From Geosiphon pyriformis uo1 (lineage: Eukaryota > Fungi > Glomeromycota), in contig JAAOMT010000429.1 in NCBI GenBank assembly GCA_016748015.1, positions 366,152-430,151 of the forward strand: a stretch of 64,000 nucleotides of DNA. Reading direction: 5' to 3'. The first letter of the stretch is position 1; each line of letters opens with the position of its first letter. The notes beneath the pieces were generated by a model. It saw nothing but the letters and a program-made list of their open reading frames with translations. It was not told the origin of the DNA and searched no databases. Positions 52,841 through 64,000 of this stretch are shown here, piece after piece. Position numbers and translations under genes: made by a program.

Positions 52841-55800
52841 ATGCGAAACCAGTTACCTTCGAGTTCAGGTCAAAGTCACCCGATGGGGCTTGAGTTTCAA
52901 GCCCCAGCACCAACGGGAGATCAACATGTCCAACCAATGGAGGACATAACCGAAGACGACGCATTCGAAATTAATCTTGTTGGACCTTCCAATTATAAAC
53001 AAGTTGAAAAAACTTCAGGAGCAAAGGAAAAACGTTCTTCCACGCGTCTTAAAAGAAAAGCCCAAGATATTTCGAAACTGAGTTTTTCCTCTAAAGAAAA
53101 AAAGGCCAAGAAAGGTATATAAGGTTGAGGCAAATTTCATTTAAAAATTGAAGTTTAGTCTAATTTACTGGATTTTTAAATGGAAGGGTTAGCGTTAAAC
53201 GTTACGCTTTACTCAAACTGTGGTACAACCACAGCTGCATAATTTGCAATTTCCCAAACTATGTCGGAAAGATACAATGTTTCATCAGCTTCTTGAACGA
53301 ATCGACAGGTTATCGATTTAGGATTAAGGCTTTAATTCGCATTTTGTATAATTTCATTATATATCTCTATTATAGCGGCTCCGCTGAAGAAAAGAGGGTC
53401 TCTTAGGTACATCATCAAAGAAGAGGAAATAGAAGAGACCGAAAAGTTCGAATTAGTTGGTGAAGATCCTGAAGAGGAAGAACCGGAACAAGAAAAAGAA
53501 GATAATTTTTTATGGATTCAAACCAAAAAACGACATGATTCTTTGCCTTGTCGTTATTTTGATGATTTCGTCGTGTATGATATAGCCAACAAAAACACTA
53601 TCGTAAGTCTCGATATTTTTGATGAAGAGGGAGTTGAATTGCGCGCGTCTGGGGTCGTGAGACCGATGTACATCGATGGTCATGAATCTGAACTTCATGA
53701 TGATGATGACGACGACGACGACGATGATGGGAATCACCATAAAAATTCAGATAATGATAACATTCGCGTAAATCTCAGTACAATCTTCTATTACCAAATT
53801 GAATATAATCAAAACGGAAGAAGGTAAATTCGAGCTCAAAATGGAAAAAGCCTAATCTTTTCAATTAACTTTATAATGATCTCTTGTATGTATCTTGAAA
53901 ATATCAGTGAAATTTGGCTTCGCACCCAATTTGCGTGGTACTTATTGGTACAGCCATCCGAACAATACATACCTCATTTTATACCTCTCTTTAAGAAGGT
54001 TCGCCTCTCAAATTTGATCATAAAGGCAATGGCAACCGATCACAATATGGATTCCACAAAGTTTAAAGAATTTCTTAAATCAGCAACCGACAATTCTTTA
54101 TCATCCATAACCTCGGAACTTGAATCTAGTATTGTACTCACCGAACAAGATATCTCGGATAACATTCTCCATATATGTGGAGAGATCGAAGTCTGGCTGG
54201 ACGAACAAAACGATTTTGAACTCTTGGAAGGACCTTTTTTCAAATATTTACAAGACCTTAGAGCCAAAAAATCAGGAAACAAATCATTCTACAGTAATTT
54301 AGATACACAAGGAAAGAAAACGAAAAGGAATATAGATGTCAAAAATCGAAACCAAAATCTTGCCGTTCTACGACATACCAATCCCACTTGCGTCACCCCA
54401 TTTATACAAAATCTTACCAAAGGATTATTTGTACGAGAACTTGTAATCGTTCCACAGGTAAAAGAAGCTACTCAACATCTAGAGCATCTTTCGGTTAGTG
54501 ATCCAGCTGTCGAGGTTACAAAGGAAACTACAGAAGTTGTAGCATGGATTGGTGAAAAAATTACACACAATTCACGATCATATTATCGCTCGGTCAAGAT
54601 TGATGATGAAGTAATTAATATTGGAGATAGTGTATACCTTAGAAATGAAGATAGCGAAGAATCTTGGGTCGCAAAGATTATGTACATGTGGGAAGATAAA
54701 AAAGAAAGGAAACAATTTCATTCTCGATTTTTTCACCGCGGTAAAGATACAATTCTTAAAGAATTGGCGGGACCACGCGAATTATTCTTGTTGGATTCGT
54801 GTGATGATAATCCTCTAAATTCTATAATTGGGAAAGCCAATGTGAAACGGATCGATCCTTCTCAAAATGATGAAATCAAATTGGGCGAAAGCAACGATTA
54901 TTTCTACCGGTAAATCAAATTCCCCAACTAATATTACCATTATTCTGTTGAAATTCAATTTTATAATTGTGCTGATATCATTAGATTTTGGTATGATGAA
55001 AAGCGTCCATCTTTTGTGGATGCTCGGTTAAACGAATGTGAAAATAGCAAATTTATTTATTGTGATCAATACCAACAATGTCATTCATGTGAGGATCAAT
55101 TGGCTTCAAATCATTCACAAAAACCACATTGGATATTGCCCGAGGATCCGACACTCGGCTTCATATACAAATTACAAGAATACCGTCAATACGATTTCGT
55201 TTATATCATTCCGGAAGATAATGAAAGTTCATTACCATATGATATCGCCCAAATTATTCAAATAATTAATGACGTCCCATTCCCCATGAGGAGTGAGGAA
55301 CACAAATTTAAATCATCGAAAAAAAGCCAAAATCTCAACAAAACGAAGAATATTATAGTTGATTCAGAAGCTCCAGCAAAAGTCAAACTATTGGTCCAAT
55401 ATCTCTACCGCTATGATGAAATAATTGAAGCCAAATATTCGAAAAATAAAAATTCATCCGTTATCGTCCATGCTATGAAAGATGTGAAAGATTCGAGGAA
55501 ATTAGTTTTCACTTCGGAACTAAAATCTCTAAATGTTGAGAAACTCGAGGGTATATGTTGGGTTGAACATAGACACAATATCTCTGATCTTGATGCTTAT
55601 AAAAATGAGCGTGATACATTTTATGTTGAAAGCCAAACTATGAAACGAGCCAAGGTTCCAGTTCTGCAACCTATCAGTCCTGATGATATACAAATCAATG
55701 AAACATCCCGTATTAAGCGAAATGAATATGCAAAAAAAATGTCAAATTTCCTCGAGCATATTCAAAGCGAGCGAAAGAAATTACGTGCAATGGATATCTT

Positions 55801-57622
55801 CTCTGGCTGCGGAGGTATTACTGTTGGTATGGAAAAGACAGGTATAATAGATACCCGTTGGGCTATAGAGTTTTCCCCAAGTGCCGCATTAACCTTTAGG
55901 TACAAATCATCTTTATGATTTTATCAGAGTCCTGTTTTCGTATTGATCAATTTTCTACCTATTATTAGCAAAAATAATCCCCATTCCACAGTCTATAATC
56001 AATGCGCAAATTTATTATTGGAACGTGCAATAGCTGAACATGGCCGGAAAGAAAAGCTTCCTAGTATTGAAGATCTTTCTGGGAAACCGATAATGACAAG
56101 CATGCCAGCACCTGGTGATGTCGATTTTATTTATTGCGGCCCTCCATGGTATTTTTTCACTCGAATCCCCCATATTTTATGTGCAATTATATCTGAGATC
56201 CTGCCCATTTCCGACTCTTTTAAATTTTGAAGTCAAGGATTTAGCGGTGTCAATCGTTTCAAGAAAGCTGATGACATAAAAAACTCCTTGGTGGCCACTG
56301 CCTTGAGCTATGTTGACTTTTATCGGCCCGACTATTTCTTGCTTGAAAATGTACGTGGGATGCTCATGTATAAGTTTGGCGGTGAACAAGATGGAAAAAC
56401 TAAAATCAAGGGTGGAATCACTATGGGGGTTGTCAAGTTCATTTTGAGGGCTCTTACAGCTATGGGGTAATATCATTAAGAAATGAACATCTTTCTAAGC
56501 TGTAATCAATCAATTGGAACTGATACTTCATGATTTTCCCAATCTAGTTATCAGACGAGATTTAGTGTTCAACAAGCCGGAAATCACGAAGTGCCCCAAA
56601 CACGCCGACGCCTTTTCATTTGGGGAGCAAAAATTGGTTCAAATCTACCTAATTTTCCTCAGCCATCTTCATGTTTTGGTCAAAGAGCCTCTATCTCTAT
56701 TCCAATACCAGATGGTGAAAGCTTTCACTACAATTTCCGTACTAATGGTCATGCTCCACATCGTAGTATTACCGTTGGTGATGCTATAAATGATCTGCCT
56801 GAGTTCGAGTACGTTAATCCGCATGAAGTTTACCCAGAAACCGAGGAAGATAGAAAAGCAAAACCAAAATGGGATCAATTAGTAGTACCAGTACGTGGTT
56901 GGGTTGGTGAGCCTTGTCGTGACTACGATTCCCAACCTTTAACAGAATTCCAACGACGATGCCGGCAAATTGCGGATAGACTTTATAATCACGTAACACG
57001 GATATTTACACCACTCAATGTGGAACGCATATATGATATTCCTTTAACTCCTGGAGCAGATCATCATCGTAAATAACTAATTGATTGCAATTCGTCATAA
57101 ATATATCAACCAAATCACGTTTTTTATATAGAATTGCGACCCAAATTACAAGTATGGTGCTTGGTCGATCCGAAATCTGCTGCCAGCCGTCACGGTGGTT
57201 GGAAAGGTCTATATGGTCGATTAGATTTCAATGGGCACTTTGCCACTGCATTAACTGATGTAAATCCCATGGGGAAAACAGGGGTGAGTTGTTGGCTTAC
57301 AATTTAAATTTGAACATTTGTACCAAAATCACTAGCATAAATTAAACTGAATTCGTTTATAATACAGACAGTTTTACATCCCAATCAACGGCGAATCTTA
57401 ACAGTCCGAGAATGTGCAAGAGCACAAGGATTCCCAGATCACTTCATTTTTTATAGCGATCGTGATGATATTAAAGATCTTCATCGCCAAATTGGTAATG
57501 CGGTCCCGCCACCACTTGCGTTCGCACTAGGAGAATTATTGGTTAAAGCTTTATTTGAAAAATATGAGGAGAATTTATTAAATTCAACTTCGAGCTATAA
57601 GGGAAAAGGGAAGGCGTATTAA
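52841..57622 (+). CDS. DNMT1: DNA (cytosine-5)-methyltransferase, DNMT1/DIM-2/Masc2 family (RFD + 2 BAH + C5-MTase)
   Basis: RFD-like [19 protein letters not shown]; [20 protein letters not shown]. Motif [16 protein letters not shown]|QGFS (Cys codon split by an intron), [47 protein letters not shown]. Stop TAA at 57620-22. Confidence 0.95.
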
Positions 57623-57779
57623 AGTTAAAGAAGGGAAAAAGAATATAGGTAAAAGAGATAAAGGGAATAATATTTTTATTATTATTGTCTGAGGAATGTT
57701 GTACACGTTAATATCAAATTCAGATCTTTTTTATAATGTTTCTTTAACATATACAAAAGTTTATCTTATTACCCTTAAT

Positions 57780-60700
57780 AATATTTAGTTTAAGAAATAT
57801 AAATCATATGATCTGAATAATCTAAATTGTGCAAATGATTCTGAGTTCCAAGTATACTAGAATACTTTATTTGTTAGATAATAATAATATAGCATTAGAT
57901 TTAGTTTAGATTGTTTTGATTGGCTTGGTAATTAGTTACATGTAAACAATATCTATTTTATTATTGGCTATTTTTTAAAGCATACTTTTTCTAAGTACAT
58001 AAATATATTCAATTTTATATATATACTACTGTATAATATTTACAACTATTTTTCTTTTTTGCTTCACAATTTTTTACAAATACTTAATATTATAAAATTC
58101 TGATATTATTCAAGTAAGAATATTTTTTGTTATAATCTTTTGATTTGAATAATATTTAGTTAAAACTTTTATTAAATAAAAATATTTGATTGTTCTTATA
58201 ATAATTTTTTAATTTAGGCTTTATTTAACAAGTGTTTTTTGGTTATTTTTATTATATAAATAAAATTTAGTTAATTATAATATATTATAAAAATAGTTTT
58301 TTATGAATACTTTTTTTCTAAAATAAAATAAAAATGTTTTAAGTAATTAACTTTTAAAAAAAAGTTTAAAAATTAAAAAAAATTGCAATTTAGTATGCTT
58401 TATTAAAATATTTTAAAAGTAATAAAATATTTATAAAAAACTTGAATTTTATTATTTATTTTGTAAATAACTTAATAAATATACATATATACAAAAAAGA
58501 TTAAAAAAAAATGTTTTTGTAAAAAGATAAAAAATTATAAAAAATAAAATTATAAAAATTATAAAAACTTTTTAATATTTTTATTATTTGAATTAATATT
58601 AATAAGTTTTAATATTTTTATTTGGTATTTTAATTATTTAATATTATATTTATTAATAAATAAAAATAAAAATATCAAAATGAATTGCTAAAAAATATTA
58701 TATTTAAAAATAAAGAAAAAAAAATGTGAAAATTATTTAATAATAAAATAATTAAATTTATTGATTTTTTTTGATTTTTTAATTGTTTTTATTTTAAATA
58801 ATATATATATTTGATTTAAATAAAGATCTTTATATTATTAAATTTGTTTATAGCTTAAAGTTTAATTTAATTTTTTAATTTTGTTTTACAAATTGTTTTT
58901 TTCTTATATTACAAATTATAATTTTTAAAATCATATTAATTATTGAAACAATAATTTATTATGTCTTAAAAACAAACCAAGATAATTTATTTTTGTTATT
59001 AAATCTATTATTATACTTAATAAATTTTTAATATTAACTTTATATTATTGGTAATTTTACTGTTAATAAATATATTTAAGTTCTTTTTTATTACTATATT
59101 ATTTAGTTAATTTTGCTCAAAAAAGTTATTAATAACTCATATTTAAGACAAAACTAAAAATTATTGACATAAATATATTTGATTTTTTAAGGCCAACAAA
59201 ATTGTATTCTAAATCAGTAAAATATAATTTTATATTATTTAAAACAAAAAACATTTTAAAAAAAAAAATAGTACTTTTAATATATTGTGTTCAAGTTTTT
59301 TTATTAAAAAAAATAAAACAAATAATTAAAGTTTATTTTTTAATATATAAATACTAATTATTGCTTAATAAACTTGATAACTTTTTTTTTAATTCAACAG
59401 AATTTTTTTTAATAAAATTATATTTTATAACAAAATAAATAATTTGTTTATACTTAATACAAAAAAACAAAAACAAATTAACTTAATACAAATTTATATT
59501 TTTAAAGACAAAATTATGTAAAATACACTTTTTCAAAATTTTTTGATTTTAAAACAAATAATTATATACTTAATATGATTGTAAAAAATTAAATTTCAGT
59601 TAATTATACATATTTTTTTATAATACAATATCAAAAATATAAAAAAATTATAAACTGTAGTATTTATTAACAGAATATAAAAAAATATTTAATATTATAT
59701 TTTTGTTTTTGTTATATGTATTAAATTTTTTTAATTAAAATTAACTATTTAAAAATTATTAATTTAATAATTTTATAATTAACAAAATTTACCAGTTTTT
59801 TGCTATAAACTAATAAATTACAACTTATTTAATATTATCTTATTAAACTTAAAGAAAACCAATTTTATAATTATTTTTTATTTTTATATGCATTTACAGA
59901 TTTTAAATTAGTATTTGTTATAATATTACCAATTTTTTTGCTTTGTTTAAATTTAATTTAAATATAAATATAAATTAAATAATTTCTTAGCTGTTTATTT
60001 AATAAAAAATTTGTTTTAAAACTTTTAATTTGTTTTAAATTTTTATTATTATTAATAGATTAATATTTAATACACAAAGTTAAATACAATTTTTTTTTTC
60101 AAACAAAATAAGAAAAATTTTTAAATATTATTGTTATTTTAATATTAAATTCAGACTATTTAATTAGTTTTTTCAATAGAAAAAATTCAGTATAAATATT
60201 TTGTAATATTTTATTTATTTAATATAGTATTTTTTATGTTTTTTATTTTTTATTTATTATTGATATTATTATAGAAGCTATATATTTTATTGTTTTAAAA
60301 CATAAGGTGTTTAAAAATATATTTAAAAGTATTTTTTTTGGTATCAAAGTGAGTAAATTTTATTATTTATATTTTAAATATTAATATATTATAAAAAAAC
60401 TGTTTTAAAAAATTAGTATTATATAAAAAAATAGATTTAAAAATTTAAACTTAAAAACCAATAAATAAAACTTTGTTATATTAAATATATATTTAAATAT
60501 TAAAACTTCTTAAAATTATTTAAAAAATTTTATATATTAATGAATTTATTTTTATAAACTATTTAAAAAATAATATTATCATTATTTTAATATTTTAAGC
60601 ATTTTTAATTTATATTATTAAATATATTTAATAATATAAATTTTATAAAAACTAAAAAATTGTTTTAATATTCAGCTAAATAACAATAAATTAATTTGTT

Positions 60701-61900
60701 AAAAATTGATTTTTATTTTTTCGATTTTAATATTTGTAAATTTTATTAAAATTTTTTTTACTTATATTTTTATTAATTAAATAGTTATTTTTTTTTAAAA
60801 TAATAACTATTATATACATTTTGTAATTATACAAAGTAAAGTATTATAATATTTGTAATTAATAATAATTAACTAATAATAACAGTTATATTTTAATTAA
60901 TATATTAATTAAGCTTTAATAGTATTGTATAATTAAAATTAGTTTTTATTAAAAAAATTCACTAAATTTATATTATAGCTAATCAGTTTGCTATATTTGC
61001 ATAAATAATTAAAAACACATTATAAAATAAAATCCAAAAAAATTTTTTATTGTTATTATAAAAATTTATTTAAAAAATATTTATAATAACAGTTTTACCA
61101 AAATGTAAAATAAAAATTTTTTAATTTAAAATAATTTTTAAATATTAATAAAATTAATCAAGTTTTCTGAAAACAAAATAAGAAAAAAATACTTAGTTTT
61201 TATATAATTAATCAATTTTTAAAATTAAATAAATAAATTAAAGTTATATATATTAAAATATAATTTATATTGTTTTTAAAACTAGTAATAATTAATTAAA
61301 ATTTAATATATTAAGCAATTTAATTATGTATTAATCAAAACTAGTTTTAGCAAATATATTATTATTATTGTTATTATCTAAAAAAACTATTATTTATAAC
61401 CAAATTAAAATTAAATATTTATAATTAATACGGTTTTAATAAAGTTAATAAAATTCTTTAAAAAATTAAAAAATATTGGCTTTAAATTAAAAATACTATT
61501 AAAAAAAATCGCAAAGAAAAAAATAGCTTTATTACTAATTTTTATTAAAATTCTTGGATTTTTTATAGTAATAGTAATTATAATAAGATTGGTTTTAGTT
61601 AGTTGTTTGAAAAAAACTTTTAATAATATAACAATATTTATATTTTAATATTAATTATATTACCAAATTTTTTTATTTATTGTTTAATAAAAATACAAGA
61701 ATTTTTTATCACATATTATTAAAATTAATAAAAATTTGTAAAAAATAATTCACTTATTTATCATATAATTAGTGTAATAATAAAATTCTTTTAATTAAAA
61801 ATTAAAATACATTAGTGTTTTATAGGAACAATTACCAAATAAAAGTGATTTTTAATGTATTTTAAATACGAAGGACATTTTAAAAAACATGAATTTTTGT
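57780..61900. mobile_element. ~4 kb extremely AT-rich, CpG-depleted desert; probable fully decayed transposon(s)
   Basis: No ORF of 60 aa or more; composition is more extreme than the identifiable Gypsy; sharp borders with the flanking genes. Confidence 0.45.
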
Positions 61901-62002
61901 AAATAAATTAATGTTACACCAAAAAAGAATTAGAATTAGTGATGAAATTGAACTGTATAGGCTTTAAGAGTTTCAAATTCCCATAACAACACTGGAAAAT
62001 TC

Positions 62003-62965
62003 ATGGAGGCGATTCCAAGTGAGGGGCAGCAAAAGCAGCTGTCAAGTAAAATCACAAGCCTGAAGGTAATGCCAAGTTTAACAGATCTTTTAAACTGGTT
62101 CTCTTTATACAAACCCTTCATCTCAATTTTTGATAGTTCATGCAAAGAAGCCAGATCAAAGAAGAGCGTGAAAAGGCAGCGAATGCCCAAAAACAGGAAC
62201 TGGACGAGGCACACTGGGTTCTTGAAACAGATTATACAAAGGAACTCAAGCCGTATGAAAATATTCTATGCTATCGGACGGCAATTATTGATAACATTAA
62301 ATTTGACATTTACTGTTTTCAATTGCTACATAGGAAATTCCAAATTGATTATGAACCTTCATACCTACCATTTCTCCGAACTAAACCCAACTTTCGTCGT
62401 TCATTTACTCCAAACGGAGCGCCTCCATTCATTGATTCGGCTTTGCTACGAGCTTTTAATCCAGTTTTTATTAAAGAAAGGACCAATAAGATTCACGAAT
62501 TTTCACAAAAAAATCTTGATAATTCACAAATGGAGAACGCAATTCGTGCTCCAGAGCTCTCAAATGAAGAACGTACAGCACGCCTCCAACAAGAATTTTG
62601 TGAAAGACTGCGTGCGCTGGATGTGGAAGAACATCTAAGGGATGACACAGCTAAAGTGGGGTTCATAAGTTACGCTGACACCCAAAGTGATGGAAATGAA
62701 TGGGTGACATTTCCAACCCGCAAAATTAGCTCTTCAATAATAGATCAGAGTGTTCCCCGAGATCCAGAAGAAGCTTCAAAAAAATTGAAGCGAGATCGTG
62801 AAGTTGGGGTTACGGTCCAGAGTTCCATTAATAAGCAAGATAACCCAAAAAAATCGAAAACCAATGTTGGCAAGGTTAGAAAGTCGAAAAAAAGTGGTAA
62901 GTTCTTATGACTCTCTGAATGATCCAAAACGGATCTACCAAGGAAAACTTCTAGGTCACAGATGA
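62003..62965 (+). CDS. MPP6: M-phase phosphoprotein 6 (nuclear exosome cofactor) homolog
   Basis: Spliced product MEAIPSEGQQKQLSSKITSLK|FMQRSQ...DEAHWVL...YEPSYLPF..RRSF..RAFNP matches the MPP6 pattern LSxxxxxxKFMQR..HWxL..GRxSF..FNP as I recall it; 4 exons. Confidence 0.78.
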
Positions 62966-63418
62966 TGCATTTGGTTAATAGTCATGGAACCTGGACAGAG
63001 ATTAGTAAACAAGTAAACTTTCGAGGGATTAGATGATTTTAACTATACTAACTTGAACGATTGATAAATTTAGTGACTTTATATGAAATGGAATTTAAAA
63101 CCAAATCAACAGTCCGAAAGCGACGCCGCTTAAATCAAACATAATATAACAGATATGCATAAACACAACGGTATATCCGATAATAGGCTGATTTCTTTGT
63201 GTATTTTTATTTTAGCTCCCACGAACAAGGATAAATAACATGTACACAAAAAACTTAACAAAACGGAAACTTTGTTCGTTGCCCTTTGATAATCGGCCAA
63301 TTGTTCCAAAATTTTCATTAGAATGATTCTGACGGATGGTATTCCTTATGTTAGCTGATTTTTAAAACTTGAACGATTTCAAGCAGGTTTTGTTATTGTT
63401 GAGATTATAGTCTGTTGG

Positions 63419-64000
63419 TCACATGGCAGCCAATATTTTATCAACATCAAATTTGAAATTCAAAAAGACATTTTCCATTTGATGAGACGGAACTTGGGGG
63501 TTATAGGTCTCCTCATTGATAACTCTTGGGGCTGACGAAAGAAACCCTGGTATATGCCTTGGATCAGGAGGTAATCCGGTTAATTCAATCGTACCTGCGA
63601 GCATAGGGCCATCGCAACCTCCTCTTTCAGCATTTGTGGTTTCCATTCTGAAATCGCTTTCATTTGGGAAGTTGGTATTAGTTGTAAGATAAGATAAAGG
63701 ATCCATGAAACCACTATTTTTTCCTATTCCAGTAGATGAAACATTCGGATCCGAGACAATATCAGCAACGCGATTTAAATTTATGGCATCAATGCCAGAA
63801 CCATCAAGGTCGGCATTCAACTCGTTTGCAATTGTAGTTGTAGAAGATCCACCACTATCAATACTCGCGGTGGCACTGGTATCATTATCATTGGTATCGT
63901 TATCACCACTGGCAAATTTTAAAAATCTCATCAAAACTCTTTCTTGTTCTTGAATTTCTGCACCGATTGGGCCTGTTGCAAATTTGGCTTGTGGTGGAGG
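63419..64000 (-). CDS. 3' portion of an unknown protein-coding gene running off the window
   Basis: The frame is open from the window end (PPQAKFATGPIGAEIQEQERVL...) to the stop at 63419; gene-like GC and CpG content; no family recognised. Confidence 0.6.
   Translation of the reverse strand, partial: PPPQAKFATGPIGAEIQEQERVLMRFLKFASGDNDTNDNDTSATASIDSGGSSTTTIANELNADLDGSGIDAINLNRVADIVSDPNVSSTGIGKNSGFMDPLSYLTTNTNFPNESDFRMETTNAERGGCDGPMLAGTIELTGLPPDPRHIPGFLSSAPRVINEETYNPQVPSHQMENVFLNFKFDVDKILAAM

Noticed and set aside
53235-53300. CTGATGA...GAAA on the minus strand as a hammerhead ribozyme, and a short protein-like minus frame
   Set aside because: Stem II does not close next to GAAA; the frame has an upstream stop and no start.
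62066-62638. Remainder of the 211-aa ORF 62003-62638 as a separate protein
   Set aside because: Only the first exon is used; splicing shifts into the 62140 frame, giving the MPP6-like product.

Overview
AT-rich eukaryotic (fungal) DNA with short spliceosomal introns. The gene content points to a Glomeromycotina genome: TKL-type kinases with N-terminal CxxC motifs, Crinkler N-terminal remnants, F-box/LRR-like genes, class-3 lipases and Gypsy LTR elements. Geosiphon pyriformis is my unverified guess. Intact genes: two inverted-duplicate class-3 lipase-like genes that both have GHGLGG instead of GHSLGG (no catalytic Ser); one ~10-exon gene fusing a pseudokinase (HRN) to a kinase (HRD) through a GC-AG intron; a single TKL kinase; a Zn2Cys6 transcription factor; a DNMT1/DIM-2-family cytosine methyltransferase; an MPP6 homolog; a partial unknown gene; and an intron-containing tRNA-Asn. 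Between these CpG-containing gene islands lie almost CpG-free, very AT-rich transposon deserts. One is a full Gypsy element (LTR-PBS-PR-RT-RH-IN-LTR, TSD ATAT) degraded almost only by C>T/G>A transitions, with two nested solo LTRs in its RNase H. The window also has three separate inverted duplications. All alignments and gene models were made by eye; repeat and pseudogene boundaries are approximate.
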